64,000 bases of DNA from Chthoniobacterales bacterium. Its GTDB lineage: Bacteria; Verrucomicrobiota; Verrucomicrobiia; Chthoniobacterales; UBA6821. Made by a program: the position numbers and the translations under genes. Under the pieces are notes generated by a model that worked only from the letters and a program-made list of their open reading frames with translations, was not told where the DNA came from and searched no databases. The stretch is taken from NCBI GenBank assembly GCA_019747735.1, contig JAIEQL010000014.1, positions 73,013 to 137,012 of the forward strand. The letters are read 5' to 3'. Of the stretch, positions 10,277 through 19,317 are shown piece after piece (position 1 is the stretch's first letter; each line of letters begins with the position of its first letter).

Positions 10277-10570
10277 GTCATGAGTAATTTTGAAAGAAGA
10301 GAGTGTTTTGACGTCAACAAACAATTTTCTGTGAACATTGTATAGTTCCATCATTTAAATAACGCCTTTTACTCTTTTTTATCTTTCTAGATTAACCTTT
10401 CTCTCTTTCATTCACTTAAACGTTCTTCTCTTTCAACTTTTCTGAGCCGCCCATATGTCATGAATAATTGAAAGGAAAGATCAGTGACGAATGGGTAAGC
10501 TAGATCTCTAGTAACAGATCATTTATCTTTTCGGTTAAACGTTCTTCTCTTTCAATTATTCATGACATAT
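10277..10570. repeat. two tandem palindromic elements (family C) built from four copies of a ~30-nt motif in alternating orientation
   Basis: Motif gtcatgaRtaatt(t)tgaaagaRgagaR.gttt occurs at 10277-10309 (+), 10418-10447 (-), 10453-10480 (+) and 10537-10570 (-). A perfect 22-nt inverted repeat joins 10453-10474 and 10549-10570. Confidence 0.8.
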
Positions 10571-10679
10571 ATTATCTTAAGTTATTAATAGGTGCCCTTA
10601 TTTCTACTTGTGTGAAAAAAATTACTCTACGGAAAAGAAGAAAGCTTGATGCGCTCCACTAGAGTTCTATTATTTTCAG

Positions 10680-11006
10680 ATGAGCGAGAAAATTTGTCCG
10701 GAATGCGAAATGAACGATGTGTTAGAGCATGTCGAAAAATGGGAGTGTATGACTTGCGGCCATGAATGGCCACGCGAAGCTGAGCCCGAAAAAGCCCAGA
10801 TTATAAAAGATGCGAATGGGAACGCTCTCATGGACGGCGACCGCGTAGTGCTCATTAAAGACCTCCCGCTCAAAGGGGCTCAAGTTCTCAAAGGAGGGAC
10901 GAAGACCGGCCCAATTCGATTAGTTGATGGCGACCACGAAATTTCCTGTAAAATCGAAGGAGTGGGCGCAGTGGGCCTCAAAGCCTGCTTTGTGCGAAAG
11001 ACTTAA
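10680..11006 (+). CDS. yjdM: PhnA/YjdM-family zinc-ribbon protein
   Basis: 108 aa with an N-terminal CPxC...CxxC zinc ribbon and the C-terminal DANGN.L.DGD.V..IKDL.VKG motif. Confidence 0.85.
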   Translation: MSEKICPECEMNDVLEHVEKWECMTCGHEWPREAEPEKAQIIKDANGNALMDGDRVVLIKDLPLKGAQVLKGGTKTGPIRLVDGDHEISCKIEGVGAVGLKACFVRKT

Positions 11007-11038
11007 CATCCAGGCCAATATAGATGAGTTTTATTAAC

Positions 11039-11939
11039 TTAACTCTTAATAATAATAGCATGGTCTGAATATCCTGCTTTTTTCAGGCGTAGATAGGCCT
11101 CCATAACACAAGACGGTATTTCCTGTTCAATTTGAAACCCCTTTTCAGGATAAAAAATAATTCTGTCGATATCACCAACCAGCTCATTAACGAGATGCTC
11201 AATAAGTTGGCCCTTTGCTAGATTATTAAATTTTATTAGAGGAGCACTTACTACTAGTTTAGCGACCATTTCTGGCCAACGTACGGCAAAAGTTGCATAG
11301 GCTCTCCTGCTGGTATTAGGTTTAGTTACTAAGATAATTTGCTCTGGTAACATAAGCCTTTTTTTGAATCAAAAGCCGTGAAAAAATAATGTTTTCTCCA
11401 ATATTTGTAGCTTTTTTTTCTAATAAGATATCACTAGAGCTTACACCTAATTGGATTGCTAGCTTAGCAAAATGTTGAGCTTCTAAAGGTGTTATCGCTC
11501 CCTTAGTCCAATTACCAAACTTACCTGTAAACAAAATCTTTTGACCATAACCTTTCAAATACAGCTCTGAACAATAAGCTGCAACACGATCATCATAGCT
11601 ACCAAGCCCTATTATTAAGGAGTTTTTATTTTTTTTAATTCTATCTTTTCTGCAATGGTAATTCCAAAGTATTTCAGCATCTATTAAATCTTGTGATCTA
11701 GTTTTTTGAATTGCTGGAGCATACATGACAGTACCAATTTCAATGGTGCCATGCACTGGATCAATATTATCAAAACGAGCCATTCCTTGGATGGTATTTG
11801 TGTTGAGATCGACGATGCTAAAAATGATATTTCCAATACTGCCCTTTTGAAGCCACTCAATAAAGGAGGCTAGGTCAGCAAAAGGACCATATAAAAAATA
11901 AGTCCAAAGAGACTCCCCTCCTCCTTTAATTCTTATCAC
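11039..11939 (-). pseudogene. frameshifted YdcF/DUF218-like gene fused to the N-terminal remnant of a RimJ/RimL-type GNAT
   Basis: ORF 11322..11939 starts with a GNAT fragment (GPF...EW...F.I.D...G..R..NID..HG.IEIG.V.Y.P..Q.T) and switches to DUF218 (LIIGLGSYDDR...TG...TNIGENI). The DUF218 C-terminal half continues in another frame (11039..11353). The frames meet at a T7 run at 11359-11365. Confidence 0.7.
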
Positions 11940-12065
11940 AGGGGTAGGAATGAAATATCTGACGGCCGGTCTACTATTCTTTTTCTACCTCAGGATGAGG
12001 AGTAAATCCATGAATGATGTGATTCTATCCACAACTGTTCCTTTCTTCTTTTTCTTGCCTTGATG

Positions 12066-12635
12066 TCATTTTTGATTTTCTAGAATCGCTCTCTCTTCCT
12101 GACTTAGCGCTCTCCACCTTCCTGGAGCCAGATCTCCTAATTGAAATTGGCCGATGCTCACTCGAAGCAATCGTAAGGTAGGATGGCCAATGGCTGCGGT
12201 CATGTGTCGCACTTGACGATTTTTTCCTTCGGTGAGTTCAAGGGTTATCCAATAATCAGGAATATTTTTGCGCACACGGATCGGTGGAATGCGTGGTGGC
12301 ACTTGAGGCTGAGGATCAAGTAGCCAGGCACGAGCTGGGCGTGTTTGATAATCTTGAATTGAGACCCCTTCCCTTAATTTTTCTAAAGAATTTTCCGAGG
12401 GAATTCTTTCCACTTGCGCCCAATAACAACGACGATGCGCATATTTTGGATTCATTAGCTTCTCTTGAACTCCTCGTTCATCAGTTAACAAAAGCAACCC
12501 CTCCGAATCAGCATCCAGGCGTCCAATGGGATAAACATGCGGAGGAAATTGAAAATCCGCTAAGGTCTTATGCTTGGAACCATCTTTGGTGAATTGGGAA
12601 AGACAGCCATAGGGCTTATGAAAAGCAAGAAGCAT
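12066..12635 (-). CDS. rluE: RsuA/RluE-family pseudouridine synthase
   Basis: 189 aa with the catalytic GRLDADSEGLLLLT motif and a KNRQVR motif. Confidence 0.85.
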   Translation of the reverse strand: MLLAFHKPYGCLSQFTKDGSKHKTLADFQFPPHVYPIGRLDADSEGLLLLTDERGVQEKLMNPKYAHRRCYWAQVERIPSENSLEKLREGVSIQDYQTRPARAWLLDPQPQVPPRIPPIRVRKNIPDYWITLELTEGKNRQVRHMTAAIGHPTLRLLRVSIGQFQLGDLAPGRWRALSQEERAILENQK

Positions 12636-12758
12636 AAAAAACTTTATTTATAGTGTAAGCGAGTAGGAATACAACCTGGCAAATTCAAAAAAATATCGCC
12701 GATTTTTAGGCGTTGATTTTTTAAATTTATTCCATCACTCTTTTTCTATTTTTATTTT

Positions 12759-13640
12759 ATGAATATTAGACTGTTTCTACTTACGGTAATTACCTTAACG
12801 ACTTCTGCTTTTCATTTACAAGCAGCTCCACAAACTACCGACTTCGAAAAAAAGCTCGCTGCCCTGGAAGCCTCTGTTCATGGGAGGATTGGAGTGTGTG
12901 CTCTTGATACCTCAGACAATAAATCGCTTTGTTATCGCGCCAATGAGCGTTTTCCACTCTGCAGTACGTTTAAAGTAATGGATGTGGCTGCCATTCTTAA
13001 AAAGAGCATGACTGATCCTCAGTTGTTGAAAAAAAGAATCATCTATACCAAGTCGGATCTTGTGAGCGAGTGGAATCCCATTACAGAACAGCATGTGACC
13101 GAGGGAATGACTATCGAGGAGCTCTGCGCTGCGGCGATGTCTTATAGTGATAATTCGGCGGCTAATTTTTTGGCTAACCAGTTGGGTGGGCCCAATGCTA
13201 TCACTGCCTTTGCACGATCTATTGGTGATTCCGCGTTTCGTTTAGATCATTTGGAGCCCGACTTAAACTCAGCAATCCCGGGCGATCCACAGGACACGAC
13301 CACTCCCGAAGCGATGACAAAAAGCTTAAGAAAAATCATGCTTGGCGATATTTTATCTCCCAATTTGTGCGACCAATTACAAACGTGGTTCAAAGGAAAT
13401 ACGACCGGCAATACCTGCATTCGCGCTGGAGTGCCCATTGGATGGGTCGTTGGAGACAAGACCGGTTCTGGTGATTATGGAACAAGAAATGATATCGCCG
13501 TTCTCTGGCCGATCAAAGGCTCCCCTATTGTGCTTTCTATCTATTTTACTCAATTTAAAAAAGAGGCACCCAAGCGTGATGAGGTGATTGCTGCTGCAAC
13601 TAAGATTGTCATGGAAGAATTGGAAAAAACGAAAAAATAA
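12759..13640 (+). CDS. bla: class A (serine) beta-lactamase with signal peptide
   Basis: Carries STFK (S-x-x-K), SDN, E-P-x-LN (omega loop) and KTG in the correct order and spacing. N-terminal signal peptide ...AFHLQA. Confidence 0.88.
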   Translation: MNIRLFLLTVITLTTSAFHLQAAPQTTDFEKKLAALEASVHGRIGVCALDTSDNKSLCYRANERFPLCSTFKVMDVAAILKKSMTDPQLLKKRIIYTKSDLVSEWNPITEQHVTEGMTIEELCAAAMSYSDNSAANFLANQLGGPNAITAFARSIGDSAFRLDHLEPDLNSAIPGDPQDTTTPEAMTKSLRKIMLGDILSPNLCDQLQTWFKGNTTGNTCIRAGVPIGWVVGDKTGSGDYGTRNDIAVLWPIKGSPIVLSIYFTQFKKEAPKRDEVIAAATKIVMEELEKTKK

Positions 13641-13642
13641 CA

Positions 13643-14422
13643 ATGAACATCTTAGCAAGTAATGATGATGGCGTTTATGCCTTAGGATTAAAGATCCTCG
13701 TTGAGGAGCTGCGCTCTTGTGGAGAAGTCACCGTTGTTGCTCCTAGTAAAGACTGCAGCGGAGCGAGTAATTCATTGACACTCAATGATCCATTAAGGAT
13801 GCATACTCTGGAAAATGGTTTTATAAGTGTTTCTGGAACTCCTACTGATTGCGTTCACCTTGCTATTACCGGTTTGCTGAACAAGGAGTTTTCTATGGTG
13901 GTCAGTGGGATTAATGCTGGTTCTAATTTAGGCGATGATATTTTGTATTCTGGGACTGTTGCTGCAGCCATGGAGGGAAGATTTCTAGGGCTACCTTCTA
14001 TTGCAATTTCTTTAGCAGGAAAACATGGCTCTCTTTTTGCTGAAAAAAAAGCACATCATTATAAACCTGCTGCTGTTTTTGCTAAAAATTTAATAAAACA
14101 ACTACAGCTCCACCCCTTACCTCCTCAAACTATTTTAAATATCAATGTTCCTGATTTGCCATTAGAGCAAATTAAAGGAATTGAAATTACTCGCTTAGGG
14201 GCCCGTCACCAGGCCGAAGCAGTGATTAAAGAAAGAGACCCTCGAGGACGCCCTATTTACTGGGTTGGAGAAGCGGGACCAGAAGAGGATGCCGGGATAG
14301 GAACCGATTTTTTTGCTATTAATAGTGGCAAAATATCCATTACGCCTATAAAATTAGACTTAACGGATTACAAGGCGTTTTCTGAGTTATCAAAATGCGT
14401 TTCTGGCCTGAACATTAGTTAA
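13643..14422 (+). CDS. surE: 5'/3'-nucleotidase SurE
   Basis: ILASNDDGVYA.G, GTPTDCV and SGINAGSNLG motifs. Confidence 0.92.
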   Translation: MNILASNDDGVYALGLKILVEELRSCGEVTVVAPSKDCSGASNSLTLNDPLRMHTLENGFISVSGTPTDCVHLAITGLLNKEFSMVVSGINAGSNLGDDILYSGTVAAAMEGRFLGLPSIAISLAGKHGSLFAEKKAHHYKPAAVFAKNLIKQLQLHPLPPQTILNINVPDLPLEQIKGIEITRLGARHQAEAVIKERDPRGRPIYWVGEAGPEEDAGIGTDFFAINSGKISITPIKLDLTDYKAFSELSKCVSGLNIS

Positions 14423-14436
14423 TTTTAAACTTTAGA

Positions 14437-15279
14437 ATGACTACTCTTACTTTTACTAAGATGAATGGGGCTGGTAATGACTTTATCATGCTTGATAATC
14501 GTCAAGGAGCCTTGAAACTCGACCCATCTCAAATAAAATCCCTCTGTGATCGCCATCGCAGAATCGGAGCAGATGGTGTTTTAGTTTTAGAAACGGAGTT
14601 TCATAACAAAGCTACTCCCTTTCGGATGCGTTATTACAATGCTGATGGTTATGAAGCTGAAATGTGTGGCAATGGTGCACGTTGTTTTACCCGTTATATT
14701 GCTGATCTACTGGATAAAAAAACGGGTAAAATTGCCTTTGAGACTCAGGCTGGCCTCATTGAAGGAGAGCTCTTAGATGATCAAGTAAAGTTATTAATGA
14801 GTTCCCCTCACCATATTGACTTAAAGCAAAGTATTTCTTTGCTTAATCAACCACATATTGTTCATAGCATTAATACAGGAGTTCCTCATGCGGTTATTTT
14901 TGTAAGTGATCTCACAAACGCTCCTGTAGTTGCCGCGGGTCGAGAATTGCGCTATCACCCTCGTTTTGCTCCAGCTGGAACAAATGTCAATTTTGTGCAG
15001 CCTATTTCAGACAATAGTATTGCACTTCGAACTTATGAGCGCGGTGTTGAAGAGGAAACCTTAGCTTGTGGCACTGGGGTTGTGGCATCAGCTCTTATTT
15101 ATCATCTATTACATAACACTTCTTCTCTAATTTCTGTATTAGTTAAAGGCGGAGACACTTTGCAGGTTGCCTTTGTATCGCAACCTTCAACAAATAGTCA
15201 TAGTATCCAAAATTTATCTCATGTTACTTTAACAGGTCCTGCTGATTTTGTTTTTACTGGGACTATTTTGATATCTTAA
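14437..15279 (+). CDS. dapF: diaminopimelate epimerase
   Basis: F.KMNGAGNDF, MCGNGARC and ACGTG catalytic Cys motifs. Confidence 0.92.
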   Translation: MTTLTFTKMNGAGNDFIMLDNRQGALKLDPSQIKSLCDRHRRIGADGVLVLETEFHNKATPFRMRYYNADGYEAEMCGNGARCFTRYIADLLDKKTGKIAFETQAGLIEGELLDDQVKLLMSSPHHIDLKQSISLLNQPHIVHSINTGVPHAVIFVSDLTNAPVVAAGRELRYHPRFAPAGTNVNFVQPISDNSIALRTYERGVEEETLACGTGVVASALIYHLLHNTSSLISVLVKGGDTLQVAFVSQPSTNSHSIQNLSHVTLTGPADFVFTGTILIS

Positions 15280-15304
15280 AAAAAGGTAACTAATATTATT
15301 TGCT

Positions 15305-16192
15305 ATGAAAAAATATCCTTCTTTTGCAGGTGTTCACACGGCTCTTGTGACTCCCTTTCGAAATGGTCGCTTTGATGAATCTTCTTTTATAAAACTGATT
15401 GAACAACAAGTTGCCGCTGGTATTCATGGAATTGTCCCTGTAGGCACAACCGGTGAATCCCCTACTCTTACTCATTCCGAACAGCTTCGTGTCATTGAAG
15501 TTGCTATTAAAACTGCCGCTAAAAAAATACTTGTTATTGCTGGTACAGGTTCCAATTCTACAGCTAAAACAATTGAGACAACCCAAGAAGCTGAAAAACT
15601 AGGAGCTGATGCTGCTCTCGTTGTTGTCCCTTATTACAATAAGCCCTCTCCTGAAGGGCGTTACCAACACTTTAAAGCAGTAGCAGAGGCAGTGGCTATT
15701 CCTATTATTCCTTATGATCCTCCTGGACGATGTGGTATTGAGCTTTCCAGTTCTGTCATTGCAAGACTTGCCACAGATTGCCCCAACGTCGTAGGGCTTA
15801 AGGACTGTTGCGCTAGCGTTGAACATATTAGAGAATTGAAAGCACTGCTGCCTCACGATTTTCAAATTCTCTCAGGAGATGATATCTGGACTCTTCCTTT
15901 TCTAAAAATAGGGAGTGTTGGAGTTATTAGCGTTGCCTCTAATCTTATCCCTGGAGAAATAGTAAAACTTGTCTCTTTATTTCAATCAGGAAAACTTAAG
16001 GAAGCTGAAGAGCTTCATAATAGGCTGTCTCCACTTTTTAGAGATCTCTTTATTGAATGTAATCCTGTTCCTGTTAAAACGGCAATGAGTATTAGAGGAA
16101 TGGTCGCGGAAGAATTCCGCTTGCCTCTTGTAAGTTTAACTCGAGAGCATCGGGCAACCTTGCTAAACACACTTCAATCTTTAAGTTTATAA
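15305..16192 (+). CDS. dapA: 4-hydroxy-tetrahydrodipicolinate synthase
   Basis: 295 aa with GTTGES, YYNKP and the overall DapA layout. Lies between dapF and dapB. Confidence 0.92.
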   Translation: MKKYPSFAGVHTALVTPFRNGRFDESSFIKLIEQQVAAGIHGIVPVGTTGESPTLTHSEQLRVIEVAIKTAAKKILVIAGTGSNSTAKTIETTQEAEKLGADAALVVVPYYNKPSPEGRYQHFKAVAEAVAIPIIPYDPPGRCGIELSSSVIARLATDCPNVVGLKDCCASVEHIRELKALLPHDFQILSGDDIWTLPFLKIGSVGVISVASNLIPGEIVKLVSLFQSGKLKEAEELHNRLSPLFRDLFIECNPVPVKTAMSIRGMVAEEFRLPLVSLTREHRATLLNTLQSLSL

Positions 16193-16208
16193 AAAACAAT
16201 CGCTTCTA

Positions 16209-16955
16209 ATGGAAAAAATTAAGACTATTATTTATGGTTCAAAAGGAAAAATGGGGCGCTCCTTGCTCGAGTCTCTAAAGAAAGAAAATACCTTGGAATT
16301 ACTGGCCGCGATTGGATCTAGCGATTCTATTGATCTTCCCCTTCCCAAAGCTGACGTGGTTATTGATTTTACCAATACAGAAGCAACATTACTGCTTCTT
16401 GAAAAATGCCTACAGCTAAAGAAACCACTTGTGATTGGGACCACAGGTTTTACACCAGAAGAAGAGTCTCTTATTAAAACTACCTCACAAAAGATACCGA
16501 TTGTTTTTTCTCCTAACTATAGTGTTGGAATCAATACGCTTTTTTGGCTAACTAAAAAAGCAACAGAATTACTCGGTCCAGAATATGATACTGAAATCAT
16601 TGAGCTGCACCATCGCTTTAAAAAGGATGCACCCAGTGGCACGGCATGGCATTTGGCAAAAATAATAGCAGAAGCACGTCATCTCAACGCTGAAGAAGAA
16701 GTTGCCCATGGACGCGCGGGGATGACTGATGGAAGGTCACCTAATGAAATAGGGATACACGCGTTGCGAATCGGTGATGTGATTGGAGAGCATACTGTTC
16801 TTTTTGGTACCCTTGGAGAACGCTTAGAGCTAACTTATCGCGCCTCAACACGAGCTGCTTATGCAGTGGGGGCGCTCAAAGCTGGATTTTGGCTAACTAG
16901 CCAACCAGTAGGATTGTACACTATGCAAGATGTTCTTGGATTAACAATGGACTAA
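16209..16955 (+). CDS. dapB: 4-hydroxy-tetrahydrodipicolinate reductase
   Basis: G..GKMG, VIGTTG and E.HH..K.DAPSGTA motifs. Confidence 0.92.
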   Translation: MEKIKTIIYGSKGKMGRSLLESLKKENTLELLAAIGSSDSIDLPLPKADVVIDFTNTEATLLLLEKCLQLKKPLVIGTTGFTPEEESLIKTTSQKIPIVFSPNYSVGINTLFWLTKKATELLGPEYDTEIIELHHRFKKDAPSGTAWHLAKIIAEARHLNAEEEVAHGRAGMTDGRSPNEIGIHALRIGDVIGEHTVLFGTLGERLELTYRASTRAAYAVGALKAGFWLTSQPVGLYTMQDVLGLTMD

Positions 16956-16987
16956 TATTTACTCTTTTTCATTGCTAATAAGAATTA

Positions 16988-17641
16988 ATGCCTTGCAAAA
17001 TAAAAACTTCCGTTGGAATAGCTCTTGGTTCTAACCTTGGAAAACGAGAAGAAATTCTTAATAAAGCTATTCAAGAGCTTCGAAAAATACATACTAGCCC
17101 GACTTTCGCTATCCGAGATGGCGATCTTCTGCAATATACTCAGCCTCAAAACGATCTTTTAAACCGCTTATGTGTGACACACACACCGCACGATTTTAAA
17201 AATCATTTTGAAACCAAGTCTTCACAAAATATCATCCACCCGAATAGCGAAAGTCGGGCTAAATCAGATTGCTCTTTTTTGGTTTCTTCCTTTTACAAAA
17301 CGGACCCAATCAACTGCCCACCTAACTCACCTTATTTTATAAATGCCGTTGTCCAATTAGAGACAACCCACCCCCCACTCCTTCTTTTAAAACTACTTCA
17401 AGAATTAGAAATAGATTCGGGGCGCCCTGCCCTTCGTGAAAAGAATACTCCAAGGACTCTAGATCTTGATTTACTTTATTACGGATCTACTATTCTTGCC
17501 ACTCCTGAATTAGAACTGCCCCACCCAAGAATCCATGAACGCCTTTTTGTTCTCGAGCCACTTGCTGAAATCTGTCCTGATCTCAAGCTTCCAACGTGGG
17601 ATAAAACAGTAAATGAATATTTACTTTTTATTAAAAAATAA
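16988..17641 (+). CDS. folK: HPPK (2-amino-4-hydroxy-6-hydroxymethyldihydropteridine diphosphokinase) carrying a 55-codon in-frame repeat insertion
   Basis: IALGSNLG...SSFYKTDP...PRTLDLDLL...LPHPR..ER.FVL.PL are HPPK motifs. The protein is about 55 aa longer than the ~160 aa norm, and the extra segment coincides with repeat element B1. Confidence 0.85.
   Translation: MPCKIKTSVGIALGSNLGKREEILNKAIQELRKIHTSPTFAIRDGDLLQYTQPQNDLLNRLCVTHTPHDFKNHFETKSSQNIIHPNSESRAKSDCSFLVSSFYKTDPINCPPNSPYFINAVVQLETTHPPLLLLKLLQELEIDSGRPALREKNTPRTLDLDLLYYGSTILATPELELPHPRIHERLFVLEPLAEICPDLKLPTWDKTVNEYLLFIKK
17095..17261 (-). mobile_element. family B palindromic element (MITE-like) inserted in frame in folK
   Basis: Terminal inverted repeats tagcccgactttcgctatccg (17095-17115) and cgaatagcgaaagtcgggcta (17241-17261), 20/21 complementary. 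TA flanks both ends. Body 17097-17259 is 163 nt; with one TA that is 165 nt, or 55 codons. The core is homologous to 48219-48340 in reverse orientation. Confidence 0.8.
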
Positions 17642-17660
17642 ATAAGTTAACTGTTTAATT

Positions 17661-18431
17661 ATGAAAGAAAAAAATATAAATATCTTTTTTAAAAAAGTAA
17701 AATCTTCCAAGGAAAAAATAGCCTGCCTTACCGCCTATGACTATCCCTCAGCTCGTATTTTAGAAGAAACTGGCATCGATCTTATTTTAGTGGGTGACTC
17801 TTTAGGGATGGTTGTTTTAGGCCATCCTAATACAACAGAGGTAACCTTAGGCGATATAGAGTACCATCTTAAAGCTGTACGGCGGGCAGTTTCTAATAGC
17901 ATTCTTGTTGCTGACTTACCAATGGGAACCACAGATAGCGTGGAAAAAGCAGTAGAATCCTCCCTGCGTCTCCAAGCTGCTGGTGCTGAGATGGTAAAAC
18001 TTGAAGGCGCATTAACATCTCAAATTGCTGCCATTGTCGCCGCCGGAGTGCCTGTTATTGCTCATTTGGGAATGCTTTGTCAACAAATACTTACAGAAAA
18101 AAAATATCGCATCAAAGGAAAAACCTCAGAAGAAGCTACACGTATTTTAAAAGAGGCACATTCCGTTGAAAAAGCAGGCGCAAGCGCTCTTGTCTTGGAG
18201 TTAGTAACTCCTTCTTTAGCACAGCAAATTACTAATGAACTAACAATCCCAACCATTGGAATTGGTAGCGGCTCTCATTGTGATGGGCAAATTTTAGTAT
18301 TAAGTGACCTTTTAGGCCTTCAGCCTTGGTTTCGCCCTTCTTTTGTAAAACCCAAAGCTGATTTAGCAACTCCTTTTAAACAAGCTGTTAAAGAATATAT
18401 TAGTGAAATAAAAACCAGTCATGGAGAGTAA
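17661..18431 (+). CDS. panB: 3-methyl-2-oxobutanoate hydroxymethyltransferase
   Basis: LTAYDYP.A......GID.ILVGDSLGMV..G, KLEG and IGIG.G..CDGQ.LV motifs. Confidence 0.92.
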   Translation: MKEKNINIFFKKVKSSKEKIACLTAYDYPSARILEETGIDLILVGDSLGMVVLGHPNTTEVTLGDIEYHLKAVRRAVSNSILVADLPMGTTDSVEKAVESSLRLQAAGAEMVKLEGALTSQIAAIVAAGVPVIAHLGMLCQQILTEKKYRIKGKTSEEATRILKEAHSVEKAGASALVLELVTPSLAQQITNELTIPTIGIGSGSHCDGQILVLSDLLGLQPWFRPSFVKPKADLATPFKQAVKEYISEIKTSHGE

Positions 18432-19317
18432 GCTCAAAATAAAAGCAGCTTCTGGACAACGAGTCATCCTTGCTGGTGCCATTCTTAATTTACTATTAGG
18501 AATTATCAAGAGTACCGCGGGGTTACTAGGACACTCCAATGTTCTTCTAGCTGATGGTATTGATTCCATGGTTGATGTCTTTAGTTCTTTAATGACATGG
18601 GGAGCACTGAAATATGCAGTAAAGCCACCCGATGAAGATCATCCTTATGGCCATGGAAAAGTAGAGTCATTAGCTGCTGCTGCTGGTAGTTTGCTTCTTC
18701 TTAGTGTTGGTATTATCATTGCTGCCTTCAGTATCCAGCAACTCATAGCCGTTGCTCATGGTCATCTTCCCCATCGCCCAAGAGCTTATACATTAGTTAT
18801 TTTAATAGGAGTTATTGTTATCAAAGAAATACTCTTTCAACTAATAGCACGCCGTGCACGCTTCATTAAAAGCACAGCAATGTTAGCAGATGCTTGGCAC
18901 CATCGTTCTGATGCAATTATTTCCTTCACAGCATTTTTAGGGATCACCCTCTCTTTATTTGCCGGTAGCGGATATGAGGCTGCCGATGACTGGGCGGCTC
19001 TGATTGCTTGTGGCATCATTTTTTATAATGCATTAGCAATACTCAAAACATCACTCTCTGAAATCATGGATGAGAGAGTTTCTGATACTTTAGAAAATAC
19101 TATTATTAAACTTGCTTGTGAAGTCAATGGTGTTCGAAGTGCTGAAAAGTGCCGCGTGCGCAAAAGCGGATTGGCTCTTATTGCTGACCTTCATATTCGT
19201 GTTGATAAAAATCTGACAGTAAAAGAAGGACACGCCATCTCTCACCATGTTAAAAATTATCTTTTAGATGCTAACTTAGCATTGGAAGATATCACCCTCC
19301 ATTTAGAGCCAGACTAA
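18421..19317 (+). CDS. cation diffusion facilitator (CDF) family metal efflux transporter
   Basis: Six predicted TM segments, DS..D and H..SD motifs, and a C-terminal cytoplasmic domain ending HLEP. Confidence 0.85.
   Translation: MESKLKIKAASGQRVILAGAILNLLLGIIKSTAGLLGHSNVLLADGIDSMVDVFSSLMTWGALKYAVKPPDEDHPYGHGKVESLAAAAGSLLLLSVGIIIAAFSIQQLIAVAHGHLPHRPRAYTLVILIGVIVIKEILFQLIARRARFIKSTAMLADAWHHRSDAIISFTAFLGITLSLFAGSGYEAADDWAALIACGIIFYNALAILKTSLSEIMDERVSDTLENTIIKLACEVNGVRSAEKCRVRKSGLALIADLHIRVDKNLTVKEGHAISHHVKNYLLDANLALEDITLHLEPD

Noticed and set aside
10277-10570. Possible CRISPR array, given repeated ~30-nt units
   Set aside because: The units alternate in orientation, spacings are irregular, there are only four copies, and no cas genes are present. 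This is a palindromic repeat architecture instead.
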